DNA from: Candidatus Poribacteria bacterium
GTDB lineage: Bacteria > Poribacteria > WGA-4E > WGA-3G
Direction: 5' to 3'
NCBI GenBank assembly: GCA_963665235.2
Contig: CAXXLX010000001.1
Location: 3,840,001-3,904,000, forward strand
Length of the DNA: 64,000 nucleotides
The notes beneath the pieces were generated by a model. That model did no database searches and was not told the origin of the DNA. It saw only the letters and a list, made by a program, of their open reading frames with translations. Shown piece after piece: positions 37,764 to 47,277 of the stretch (positions are counted from its first letter, which is position 1; every line of letters starts with the position of its first letter). Both the position numbers and the translations under genes were made by a program.

Positions 37764-39392
37764 CTAAGGATGGGGTTCACCTGCTTTCGGTTTCTCCTTG
37801 GGCGCATTGGAATCCGCTCCGAAACGGATGTGCAGGGCAGCACCGGGGGCGTGCTCCTTTCCATAAAGGAGGTGTTTGATACCCCAGAAAGCCACGGTTG
37901 TCCCGACCATCACGACTATACCCCATATCGGTATTTTCCAGAGCCATTCAGTGAAGGAGAAAAGGGTACCTGTCTGTTTCGGTACTGCTTGGGCACCTAA
38001 GGTTACCAATACGGTGCAAATAATAGCGTTAAAGGTGATTACTCCCTCTGTCACCAACCGATGCGGACTGAATCTGACTAAGGCGCGTTCAAAATTGAAG
38101 ATGACTATCACCCACAAAAAGACAAGATATAGCAGTTGTCCCTTCCCCAACCAGCTCGCTGAAATAAACGGGATGGATCGACGGAGATTGCCCGCCAAAA
38201 TCGCGATAATTGCGATACCAAGGGCGATATAGAAGAGTTCAAACCAGCCGACCCACCCTCTGGAACGCCGAAACCAGCCGACCATGGGCAAACCGAAGAA
38301 ACGCTCAGGCAACGGTTCAACACATTCTACCCAAGTGTCCACCGCTTTCCGATAATTCAGATATGTCAAGGCGATAAGCACACTGAAAACAGCGAACATC
38401 TCTATCCAACGTGGGAAATCAGGGTCAAGTGCTAGCGGCGGTGCGCGCTTGATGAGCAAACCAAACGTTACAGCAATACCGAGCCCAAAAAGCAAACCCT
38501 GCATCTGTTCCATGACGCTGTGCCAGTTCGTTTGGAGCCCGGTTCGGATGCAGAGCAGCTTTAGCAATTGTCCAAGTGAGAAGGCGACACCTCCAGCAAA
38601 ACCTGTTAGCAGCGTAGCGAAGGCGACTCCGCCTAATTTGTAATGCCAGCAGTAGACTAATACACCGATGACCATGCCGACACACCCCGCCCAATTGTCG
38701 CCGCGAGGTGGAGTCATTCGGAGCCCGAAAACGTTAACCAGGAGCAGAAAAGCCGCGAACCATCCCACGCTCATGTATAGGATAAGTGAGGTGCCCATGT
38801 CTAAGCCGCCGCGGAAAAGGGCGACACCTATTGCTGCGGCCATGGCAACAAGCGCGGCTAACCAATCGGTATCATACCAATAGAGCGGACTTTCATGCCT
38901 TTGCATCCGTTTAGGCGCGAAAATGAAATCCACCAGGACTGCTTGTAGTGACCATCCAATAAAAACAACACACATCGGAGCAAAGAATAGCGGCAGCGCG
39001 GAAGACGTAGGCTGCTCCGCATTGAAACCTGTGAGAAAGGCGGGCAGTGCCGTACCAGCACCACCGAGTGCTGCCCACAAGAAACCGATGGCGAACAGGT
39101 TTGCGAACCCGTAAAATACCGTGGGGACGTGGGAGGAGTGCGTATAACCGACCACCTGCATGTAGGACATGCTTCCGCCGAACGACCAGCCAAGTGCACC
39201 GAACAGTGCAAAGTAATGAACATACCGCCACCAATCCTCACGCCCAGATAGCAACACGATTGCCATAGCAGCGAGTGCACCGGCGAGTGCAGCACCATAT
39301 TCATGTCCAAAGTTGCCGCGAATCCCCCATCCTACACAGAGCGACACGCCGCACAAGAGAATCATTTGCCAAGGGATAGCTGTTATTTCCAT
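37764..39392 (-). CDS. Multi-pass membrane protein of unknown function
   Basis: Many TM segments; conserved-looking GWGIRGNFGHEYGA, GGSMSY, NWHS..EQ..G. Confidence 0.8.
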   Translation of the reverse strand: MEITAIPWQMILLCGVSLCVGWGIRGNFGHEYGAALAGALAAMAIVLLSGREDWWRYVHYFALFGALGWSFGGSMSYMQVVGYTHSSHVPTVFYGFANLFAIGFLWAALGGAGTALPAFLTGFNAEQPTSSALPLFFAPMCVVFIGWSLQAVLVDFIFAPKRMQRHESPLYWYDTDWLAALVAMAAAIGVALFRGGLDMGTSLILYMSVGWFAAFLLLVNVFGLRMTPPRGDNWAGCVGMVIGVLVYCWHYKLGGVAFATLLTGFAGGVAFSLGQLLKLLCIRTGLQTNWHSVMEQMQGLLFGLGIAVTFGLLIKRAPPLALDPDFPRWIEMFAVFSVLIALTYLNYRKAVDTWVECVEPLPERFFGLPMVGWFRRSRGWVGWFELFYIALGIAIIAILAGNLRRSIPFISASWLGKGQLLYLVFLWVIVIFNFERALVRFSPHRLVTEGVITFNAIICTVLVTLGAQAVPKQTGTLFSFTEWLWKIPIWGIVVMVGTTVAFWGIKHLLYGKEHAPGAALHIRFGADSNAPKEKPKAGEPHP

Positions 39393-39519
39393 ATTGCCGA
39401 CCTCCAATACTCAGGTGAAGTGAACTTTAATATCACCTAGAGTATGCCACAAATTGCATAAAAAATCAACATAAAACAATTTCTGCAGCAGCTTATACGA
39501 GGATTACCGCGTTAACTTA

Positions 39520-40159
39520 TACCATTTTTATTAATTATACCTAAGTTGCCACATAGTAGCATAATCTTCCCAGATTGTGCATATTTGTGTGCAAATTGGA
39601 AGTGAACGGGACAAATATTAGCTCATTATCAGCATATTTTCATTAAAGACGGTGTTTCCAGGTCTAAAAACTTATAAGTAGCAACTTGGGTTAATTATTC
39701 TATCATTACCGGTTGTTAGAAATGAAACGGAGAACGGAAGACCCAAACTAAAAGTTTATGCTACAAGAAAGAGGCACAAACTGGAAGTTTATGCTACAAG
39801 AAAGAGGCACAAACTGGAAGTTTATGCTACAAGAAAGAGGCACAAACTGGAAGTTTATGCTACAAGAAAGAGGCACAAACTGGAAGTTTATGCTACAAGA
39901 AAGAGGCACAAACTGGAAGTTTATGCTACAAGAAAGAGGCACAAACTGGAAGTTTATGCTACAAGAAAGAGGCACAAACTGGAAGTTTATGCTACAAGAA
40001 AGAGGCACAAACTAAAAGTTTATGCTACAAGAAAGAGGCACAAACTGGAAGTTTATGCTACAAGAAAGAGGCACAAACTGGAAGTTTATGCTACAAGAAA
40101 GAGGCACAAACTGGAAGTTTATGCTACAAGAAAGAGACATTTTTCAATTAGAAATGGTA
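39520..40159 (+). mobile_element. MITE-like element family A, copy 4 (12 x 33-bp units) with nested family B element
   Basis: TTA|TACCAT..ATGGTA|TTA; unit CACAAACTGGAAGTTTATGCTACAAGAAAGAGG starting at 39742 through 40105. Confidence 0.85.
39538..39692. mobile_element. MITE-like element family B, copy 2 (inside A4)
   Basis: ACCTAAGTTGC..GCAACTTGGGT; AATTA duplicated; removing it restores the family A left end. Confidence 0.85.
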
Positions 40160-40293
40160 TTACTAAGAAACCCGCCTGCAACAACGGCGCAGGCGAGCGG
40201 AGGCCCACGATTCAAATTATTTGCTTGTATTGTAAGAGGATTTTTGATATACTTTGACATTAATATCTATTTATGGTGTGAGGTAAAAGAAAA

Positions 40294-41343
40294 ATGGCAG
40301 AAAAAACATATCGTGTTGGTGTTATTGGGTGCGGCGGCATGGGACGTGCCCATGCACGGAGTTGGAAAGGTACCGGGCGTGCCGAAGTGGTCACCGCCTC
40401 GGATATCAATCCGGCCTCCGCCGCGAAATTCGCCGAAGAATTATCGCTTCCCACGCATTATACAGATTTTGGTGAGATGTGCGACAAAGAGGAGCTGGAC
40501 ATTGTCAGTATTACTACTTGGCAGAGCGTCCGGGCGGAGCCGACTATCGCCGCAGCCGAAAGTGGCGTGTTAGGGGTTATCACCGAAAAACCGATGGCAG
40601 CTTCAGTCGGCGATGCGCGTGCTATGATGGACGCTTGTGAAAAAAGCGGGACCAAATTGGTAGTTGGACATCAACGACGTTTCACTCCGCAAAACTGTGA
40701 AGCACGTAGGCTTATCCAGGAGGGTGCGATTGGAAAACCGCAAGCCATGCTCCGCCGGGATGGACACGGATTGCTGAACCGCGGCACTCACGAAATTGAC
40801 GAAATGCGTTATATCCTCGGTGACCCTGATCCGTTGTGGCTTATCGCGCAGGTCGCCCGGAAAACCGACCGCTGGGAACGCCGCGTCAGATGTGAAGACC
40901 TATGTATGGCGGAACTCTGCTTTGAGGGGGGCATCCGCGGCATTTATGAAAGCGATTTACCGGGGCCAGGCCTCCGAGGCGATGCTGTCTACGGGGACGA
41001 TGGACAACTCCGCCGGGGCGGCGATGGCACAATTGAACTGCTCAACAGCAAAACCGCTGGCTGGCAACAGATAAAACCTCGCCAAGGCGAACCGAATCAG
41101 TACAACGAAATGCTGGCTTGGCTCGAAGGTGATATTGAGGAACATAGAAATGCAGGCAGACATGGGCTCTGCACAATCGAAATCCTGATGGCATTTTACG
41201 AATCGTTACGTATTCAGGATGTCGTCACCTTTCCGCTAACAACGGAGCCGAACCCACTTGACCTCCTCGTAGAGGGTGGAAAGCTGCCGGTTTTCGTCGA
41301 GGGCCGTTATGACATTCGGGCACCGTTTCCCGAACAGAAGTAG
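40294..41343 (+). CDS. Gfo/Idh/MocA oxidoreductase
   Basis: GVIGCGGMG, TEKPMA, GHQRRF, GTH..D. Confidence 0.9.
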   Translation: MAEKTYRVGVIGCGGMGRAHARSWKGTGRAEVVTASDINPASAAKFAEELSLPTHYTDFGEMCDKEELDIVSITTWQSVRAEPTIAAAESGVLGVITEKPMAASVGDARAMMDACEKSGTKLVVGHQRRFTPQNCEARRLIQEGAIGKPQAMLRRDGHGLLNRGTHEIDEMRYILGDPDPLWLIAQVARKTDRWERRVRCEDLCMAELCFEGGIRGIYESDLPGPGLRGDAVYGDDGQLRRGGDGTIELLNSKTAGWQQIKPRQGEPNQYNEMLAWLEGDIEEHRNAGRHGLCTIEILMAFYESLRIQDVVTFPLTTEPNPLDLLVEGGKLPVFVEGRYDIRAPFPEQK

Positions 41344-41363
41344 GAATAACACCTAGTGTCCTT

Positions 41364-41396
41364 GTAGGGCGGAGCAGTGCTCCGCCCGCTTTTTTT
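41364..41396 (+). terminator. GTAG REP-like hairpin followed by a T-tract (intrinsic terminator)
   Basis: GTA-GGGCGGAGCA-G-TGCTCCGCCC-GCTTTTTTT between convergent genes. Confidence 0.65.
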
Positions 41397-41411
41397 GGAA
41401 TTACCCTTACT

Positions 41412-42032
41412 TCATCGGAACCACCAGGGTCTAGCTTTAGTCCGCCGAGCACGTTGGTATTCCTCGTGTGCATCGGTTGCCTCCGAAATCGTTTCTACGA
41501 GTAGTCGGGTAACATTAAGTACCCCGTATATCCTATTCATCAAGGAACGAGCCTCTGTTTTTTCCTCATTGAAACGTTGGAATTCTTCGGTCAGTGCTTT
41601 CATCTCTTCGTTCAACGCTATAAGTGATTCATCCAACTTCAAGTTCACCACAATATTTGTTTCAATTACCGATTTGGGAAGTGCGTTCTTTTCGTTGAGA
41701 CTTCGAAGCTCCTCAATACGCAATTGGACTCCCTCGCTTGCCTTGGTGAGAGCAACACTTGCCTCAGTGCCCGTTTCAGTGTGCGGCTTGAAGTTCGTCT
41801 CCGTATCCCATTCTATTTCGCTCCATGTTTCAATCGCCGCGATTATCTTTTCGGAAGCTTTAAGTGACAATTTAAGGTGCGATACGCCAACAGATTTTTG
41901 TTGTTCCTCTTTAATCTTTTGTCGTTTTTCGTTAATCTGTTTGATAAGTTTAGGCGTATAGATGCCGACAATTATCACCACGCATAAAGAGAGAACTACT
42001 GCTCCAGCAATTTTTAACGTTCTACCATTCAT
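41412..42032 (-). CDS. Membrane-anchored coiled-coil hypothetical protein
   Basis: N-terminal TM segment and E/K-rich helices; start at 42032 or 42065. Confidence 0.6.
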   Translation of the reverse strand: MNGRTLKIAGAVVLSLCVVIIVGIYTPKLIKQINEKRQKIKEEQQKSVGVSHLKLSLKASEKIIAAIETWSEIEWDTETNFKPHTETGTEASVALTKASEGVQLRIEELRSLNEKNALPKSVIETNIVVNLKLDESLIALNEEMKALTEEFQRFNEEKTEARSLMNRIYGVLNVTRLLVETISEATDAHEEYQRARRTKARPWWFR

Positions 42033-42036
42033 GTCC

Positions 42037-43185
42037 CTAATCGCTCCTATTGTTGCATTCCGCAATTAACGTATCCAAATTCACAAATTTGACCGAAATA
42101 CCGTTGTATTCTTTGGTAAAAGGCTGTGCTACGTCGTGTGCGGCGACAAGATTCTTCCTCTCCGGATATTGTCTACGGAATGCAAGCAGGGGCCGTGGCG
42201 AAAATCCGGAAACAGTCCATTTGCATTCAATGGCGAGCGGGTTGCTACGTGCATGCGTCAGCACAAAATCAACTTCATGCCCTCTTTTGTCTCGCCAGTA
42301 CTGAATGTTGCGAGATTGGGTATAAGCCATAATTTCGTTGAGGACGATGTGTTCCCAAAGCGGGCCCAGGTCATCTTGTCGCAATTGCAACCATCGCTTG
42401 TAGTAGCAGACGAACCCGGTGTCGAAGCCGTAAACCTTCGGGGCGGTAACAATTTCAGTTGGGCATCTGGAGCTGAAAGGTCTGACAATGTGGACGACGA
42501 AAGTTGCCTCCAAAATGGCGAGATAGTTCGATATGGTGGTGCGGCTAACTTCACAGAGGCGTGCAAAGCGAGGTGCTTCAAAAATTCCGCCGCTTTGCGC
42601 CATAAGCAGTTCCGCGAATTTCTGAAACGAGTATCGGCGTTCAAGGCGAAAAAGTTCTTGTATATCCCTTGCCCAATAGGCATCCATCCATTCTTGGAAT
42701 TGATGTTCCGGGAGTTCCGCCTCAAGGAAAAAGGGCGGCACACCGCCGTGCAACAAGCGGTGGCGCATGTCTACCCGCTTGAAATCATCAAGGTCCGATC
42801 TTACCATGGGGGTTAACCACAATTCGGTTTTACGGCCGGCAAGTGTATCCCGAAATTTTGCACTTGCACCAAGCGTTGATGAACCGGTTGCCACGATATG
42901 AACTTGCGGATAGTAGTCAGCTGCGATTTTTAGGAGCTCCGATGGGTTGGACAGCCGATGAATCTCCTCCAGCACAACACGCCTATCCCCGATACTCTCA
43001 AGAAATCCCTGCGGGTCTTCCATCAATTGTCTCACGCGTGGGAGTTCACAATCAAAATATTCAATATCGGGCAACGTTTGACATAGACACGTCTTCCCAA
43101 CGCGTCGGACTCCGGACAGCCACACAACCGAGCGACGGTCCCAAGCAGTCTCAATTCGGTTAAGCCAAAATTGTCTTTCTATCAT
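42037..43185 (-). CDS. AAA-family ATPase with DUF4143 domain
   Basis: GVRRVGKT, TGSS, GG.P, PKVY.FDTG, G.LWE, EVDFV, IECK. Confidence 0.88.
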   Translation of the reverse strand: MIERQFWLNRIETAWDRRSVVWLSGVRRVGKTCLCQTLPDIEYFDCELPRVRQLMEDPQGFLESIGDRRVVLEEIHRLSNPSELLKIAADYYPQVHIVATGSSTLGASAKFRDTLAGRKTELWLTPMVRSDLDDFKRVDMRHRLLHGGVPPFFLEAELPEHQFQEWMDAYWARDIQELFRLERRYSFQKFAELLMAQSGGIFEAPRFARLCEVSRTTISNYLAILEATFVVHIVRPFSSRCPTEIVTAPKVYGFDTGFVCYYKRWLQLRQDDLGPLWEHIVLNEIMAYTQSRNIQYWRDKRGHEVDFVLTHARSNPLAIECKWTVSGFSPRPLLAFRRQYPERKNLVAAHDVAQPFTKEYNGISVKFVNLDTLIAECNNRSD

Positions 43186-43194
43186 AATAGCTTT

Positions 43195-43223
43195 ATAATA
43201 GCATATCGTGTACTATATGTCAA
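43195..43223 (-). promoter_or_regulatory. sigma70-type promoter immediately upstream of the ATPase start
   Basis: Minus strand TTGACA-17 bp-TATTAT. Confidence 0.6.
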
Positions 43224-43291
43224 CTCTATTTGCACATAGTAGCACTATATGCAAATCTGCTTGCACATAGTAGCGGTTTTAGATATTTAGT

Positions 43292-45283
43292 TCAATCTAT
43301 TCTCCTGCGTTGATACAGAAACCACTCTACGACGCTTAAAATCACAGCTAGAAATATAAGGTAGAGCCAAGGCGGATACCGAAAAAATGAGCCGCCCCCG
43401 AGCAGTTCCGAGCCTGTCAATAGCTCCTCAATTTCAGCAGCAGCCCCGATGTGTGATTCTGTTTCGCTAGCAAGATTGACAGCCCATACCTTTTTCTCGA
43501 CATCCGCTTCTATTGCTGTTTCGTTTACCGGTTCGGATGAGAGGCGCAATTCATAAAAACCTGCTTGTTGTGTCTGGTCGAAGAGCAGGGAATCATTTTC
43601 AACAGGAACATCCCACGTTTTCTCTCCGGGACCGCTAACCTGGACAGTCCTTGGCGTGTTTTCGACATGTGGGTTAGGTTGTGTCTGCGGCTCCTGCTGC
43701 GCCTCCATTTTATAACGGAGCACTTCGCCTGTCCGCAGATGGTATTCCTGAATTCCTTCGCTCTGCTGGAACCACTGAATGGTGTTGGCAATAATGACAG
43801 GAAAGGCGATACGCAACGGCAAATCGGATTGCAGAATGTTGATAGCTGCAAAGACAATTTTGCGAGTGGGCGTAACATCAACGAATAGAATAGGCGATTC
43901 AAAAGAACGCGCGAGCACATGGGCTGTCGAGGGAGGGGTAACCTGATACGCCTCACCGATTTGTACATTCTCCAAATGAACGTGCCGCAGAATCGGGTGT
44001 GTCCGTTCCCAATCGGTGATAATAGGCGTTTCAAGCGGTTCACCGATATTCCACATTGCGGTGTCCCCTTCATTCGCTTTAGGCGGATAGATGAACATAT
44101 AATTGCCATCCCCGAGTATCGGCGGACTGAACCGATCGAAGATAATAACCTGATAACCGCTTGCAGTCGGGTCATATTCCGCAGGGGTTACAACGCTGAG
44201 TGCCAATTTTTCATCGACAGAGAGGACTTTTTCAAGGAATGGATTGTCATCCGCCACAAGCAGCACAGAAATCCGTTCGCGCTTAGGCAACGTAGCATAA
44301 GCGACGTTGTCAGTGTGTAGTGCATCTTCAACATCTAACACCGCCTTAAGTTGTCCGCCTTCAAAGGCGAAATTACCGAAAATTTCGGAGCGGCTCTCAC
44401 CGGGGGCAAGCGTGTAGGGACGCACATCAAAGAGGTTTTCATTGAAATAAAGCTCAACGTTGCACCTTTTTTCTTCCGCCGAGGCGTTGACAACGGTCAG
44501 CAGTGTTTGGTAATCAAAGGCGTTAGCGATACTTTTTCGCACCCGAAATTGTGTGATGCCGACATTATCCATCTCCTCACCAATGCGGAGGAGATGAAGT
44601 TTAACTTTTTCCACCTCTTCGGGTGGAACATCTTGGGCACTCACTCCTTGAAATGTAGTGAGCAGTTCTTCAGAAACCGCCTGAAAATCGCTGAGAACAA
44701 TAATTTCAGGATTAGACTTCGTTCGGGCGACAGTGTACGCTAAATCCACAGCGGGGTTCAGGTCTGTCTCTATATCGGTAGGCTGAATCGCTTCAATTGC
44801 CTGCCGAAGGGTTTTCTGATGCCCGGTAAACGGACTGTGAATTATAGGTTGTGTATGACAACTGATGATTGTCATTTCATCCATGAAGCGAAGTCCTTGG
44901 ACGATTCGGAGGGCTTGCTGTTTTGCGGAATCCAGTCGGGATTCGGTAGAGGGGTTATCAGACTCAAAGGTCAATACCGCATTCATGCTCGCGGAATGAT
45001 CGATTATGAGGATAAGCTGCCGCGCGGACCGCGTCAGGAATGCAAGCTGCGGCCGGGCAATAGCAAACACTAACAATGCAAGAAATAGCAATTGCAACAG
45101 GAGCGATAGGAGATGTTTGAGTCTTTGAAATAGGGATGTAGTTTGCCGCTCCTTGAAGAGCTGCTCCCAGAACATTAGGGTTGAAACCGGTTCACGCCGC
45201 CGCCTTAATTTGAGGATGTACAACGCGATAATCGGAATTGCTAGGGCAAATAGGAATAGAGAGGTGGGAGATAAGAAATTCAT
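43292..45283 (-). CDS. BatA N-terminal + vWA domain membrane protein
   Basis: PII.LY.LK..R....VST..FW, ARP, DHSASM, SD; C-terminal N...ES.I and EW.L. Confidence 0.85.
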   Translation of the reverse strand: MNFLSPTSLFLFALAIPIIALYILKLRRRREPVSTLMFWEQLFKERQTTSLFQRLKHLLSLLLQLLFLALLVFAIARPQLAFLTRSARQLILIIDHSASMNAVLTFESDNPSTESRLDSAKQQALRIVQGLRFMDEMTIISCHTQPIIHSPFTGHQKTLRQAIEAIQPTDIETDLNPAVDLAYTVARTKSNPEIIVLSDFQAVSEELLTTFQGVSAQDVPPEEVEKVKLHLLRIGEEMDNVGITQFRVRKSIANAFDYQTLLTVVNASAEEKRCNVELYFNENLFDVRPYTLAPGESRSEIFGNFAFEGGQLKAVLDVEDALHTDNVAYATLPKRERISVLLVADDNPFLEKVLSVDEKLALSVVTPAEYDPTASGYQVIIFDRFSPPILGDGNYMFIYPPKANEGDTAMWNIGEPLETPIITDWERTHPILRHVHLENVQIGEAYQVTPPSTAHVLARSFESPILFVDVTPTRKIVFAAINILQSDLPLRIAFPVIIANTIQWFQQSEGIQEYHLRTGEVLRYKMEAQQEPQTQPNPHVENTPRTVQVSGPGEKTWDVPVENDSLLFDQTQQAGFYELRLSSEPVNETAIEADVEKKVWAVNLASETESHIGAAAEIEELLTGSELLGGGSFFRYPPWLYLIFLAVILSVVEWFLYQRRRID

Positions 45284-45348
45284 CTATCAATGTTTATTTG
45301 TTTCTTCCTCTTGCCAATGGTTTCCAACAGCCAACAGCCAATAGCCAA

Positions 45349-46236
45349 TCAAGACACAAAACCGCCCATTCGGAAAATACGCAGAATAAGCTCTTCAAAA
45401 GGGGATGTCGTCGTTGTCCGGACAAGGCCAATCTCTCGCTGTGTACAATATCGGTCAAGGTCATCACAATATTTTTTGAAAAGGGTTTTGTAACGTTTAA
45501 TGTGATTTTCATTAATGGTAACAGGGCGGAGTTGATTCGTCTCAACATCGACGAGGTGATAATCGCCAAGGAGCGTGGGCTCGGCTTCCTTTTCATCAAT
45601 AATGTGAATGACGAAGAGGTCATGTTTCTGAAATTTGAGCATATTCAGGCCGGCGGTGAACCCCTTCGGATCAAAGAGGTCGGAAATCAGGACGACTAAC
45701 CCGCGGCGTTTGGTCATGTGAACGAAATTGTGGAATGCAGTTTCCAAATCGGTTTCGCCTGTTCCCTGAATCTGGTCGAGGAAATTGAGGACGTTGAAAA
45801 TTTTTCCTTTTCCGCGTTCCGTAGGTAACCGATGCACGTCGGTCGTATTAAAAGCGGTAATACCGATTCGGTCGAGATTGGATAAACCGATATAGGCAAG
45901 CGCAGCGGCAACCTGTTTGGCATAGATGAGTTTCGGTAATTCTCCGTAAGTCATGGATTGACTGGCATCGACGAGGAAATAGATATGCAAGTCTTCGCGC
46001 TCTTCGTAGAGTTTTAGCAGCAGTTCATCTAATCTTGCGAAGGCGTTCCAATCGATATAGCGAAAATCGTCGCCGGGGGTGTAGTTCCGGTAATCGGCAA
46101 ATTCTACGCTAACCCCGCGCCGGGTGCTACGCCGTTCCGCCTTGATGCGTCCGGCAAAAATCTTTTTTGAGACGATATAGAGGTACTCAAGTTTTTTGAG
46201 AAACTCGCTATCGAAGGCGGACTGTGTCCCGTTCAT
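45349..46236 (-). CDS. DUF58 family protein
   Basis: G.SVEFADYR.Y.PGDD.RYIDW, DAS.SM, ISD. Confidence 0.92.
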   Translation of the reverse strand: MNGTQSAFDSEFLKKLEYLYIVSKKIFAGRIKAERRSTRRGVSVEFADYRNYTPGDDFRYIDWNAFARLDELLLKLYEEREDLHIYFLVDASQSMTYGELPKLIYAKQVAAALAYIGLSNLDRIGITAFNTTDVHRLPTERGKGKIFNVLNFLDQIQGTGETDLETAFHNFVHMTKRRGLVVLISDLFDPKGFTAGLNMLKFQKHDLFVIHIIDEKEAEPTLLGDYHLVDVETNQLRPVTINENHIKRYKTLFKKYCDDLDRYCTQREIGLVRTTTTSPFEELILRIFRMGGFVS

Positions 46237-46253
46237 CTAAATGTCCTCTTTAA

Positions 46254-46283
46254 GTTCCCCCTGCTTGCGGGGGTTAGGGGGGG
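46254..46283. repeat. G/C-run palindromic repeat (CCCCCTAACCCCCGCAAGCAGGGGGAAC on minus)
   Basis: Intergenic in the MoxR operon; a partial match CGCAAGCAGGGGGAA occurs at 28342. Confidence 0.5.
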
Positions 46284-46285
46284 CT

Positions 46286-47269
46286 TCAATCAATTTCCTC
46301 TAACAGCCGCTGAATGATTTCGTCAGGGTCAATCCCTTCCGCCTCACCTTCAAAGCTAAGAATAAGTCGATGACGCAGGCTTGGCAGTGCCACAGTCTGA
46401 ATGTCCTCACGTGCGACGTTGTATCTGCCATCAAGAATTGCTCGGACCTTGCCTGCCAGGATAAGGGCTTGCGCGCCGCGGGGACTTGACCCGTATCGAA
46501 CATATTTTTTTGTGAGTTCCGGGGCATCCTCAACTTCGGGATGTGTTCCCATAACGATTCGTAGGGCATATCTACGCACATCTTCGGCAATTAGGATGTC
46601 TCGGACTATCTGTTCCAGTTCGTTAATGGACTCACCATCGCAAACCTTACTAACAGAAGGCATTTCGCGCTTGGTTGTGCGTTCCATAACGAGGTCAAGT
46701 TCATCGAGGCTTGGGTATTCAACCTTGAGTTTGAAAAAGAAGCGGTCCAGTTGCGCCTCTGGCAGGGGATAGGTGCCCTCCATTTCGAGGGGGTTTTGCG
46801 TAGCCATGACGAAGAACGGTAAAGTTAGCTGTCGCTGTTGTCCGGCAACAGTGACAGATTTTTCCTGCATCGCCTCAAGCAGAGCCGATTGTGTTTTGGG
46901 TGTTGCCCGGTTGATTTCGTCAGCGAGGACAAGATTTGCGAAGATAGGGCCGGGTTGGAATTCAAAGAATTTTCTCCCGGCTTCATCTTCCGCCACGACA
47001 GTCGTTCCCACGATGTCGGCGGGCATCAGATCAGGCGTGAACTGAATTCGGGAATCTTCCAAATCGAGTACTTCATGCAGCGTTCGGATGAGGAGCGTTT
47101 TGCCTAAGCCGGGGACACCCTCTAATAGCGCGTGTCCCCCTGTCATGAGGCAAATCAGCACACCTTCAATAATATCCTTTTGTCCGACGATGCGTTTGGA
47201 GACCTCCTGTTGTATTTTCAGGAAGGTCTCCCGGAATTCTTCATATTTTTGTTCAGCGTGTTCGGACAT
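46286..47269 (-). CDS. MoxR family AAA+ ATPase
   Basis: EGVPGLGKT, RIQFTPDLMPAD, ADEINR, ATQNP.E.EGTYPLPEAQLDRF, SPR. Confidence 0.95.
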   Translation of the reverse strand: MSEHAEQKYEEFRETFLKIQQEVSKRIVGQKDIIEGVLICLMTGGHALLEGVPGLGKTLLIRTLHEVLDLEDSRIQFTPDLMPADIVGTTVVAEDEAGRKFFEFQPGPIFANLVLADEINRATPKTQSALLEAMQEKSVTVAGQQRQLTLPFFVMATQNPLEMEGTYPLPEAQLDRFFFKLKVEYPSLDELDLVMERTTKREMPSVSKVCDGESINELEQIVRDILIAEDVRRYALRIVMGTHPEVEDAPELTKKYVRYGSSPRGAQALILAGKVRAILDGRYNVAREDIQTVALPSLRHRLILSFEGEAEGIDPDEIIQRLLEEID

Positions 47270-47277
47270 CTCTTCCT

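Noticed and set aside
39748-40573. ORFs with (MLQERGTNWKF)n or (VPLSCSINFQF)n repeats
   Set aside because: Artefact of the 33-bp unit; sister elements use 32-bp units that break frame.
41377-41961. 194-aa plus-strand ORF
   Set aside because: Antisense shadow of the minus-strand coiled-coil gene; Ser/Phe-rich composition typical of shadows.
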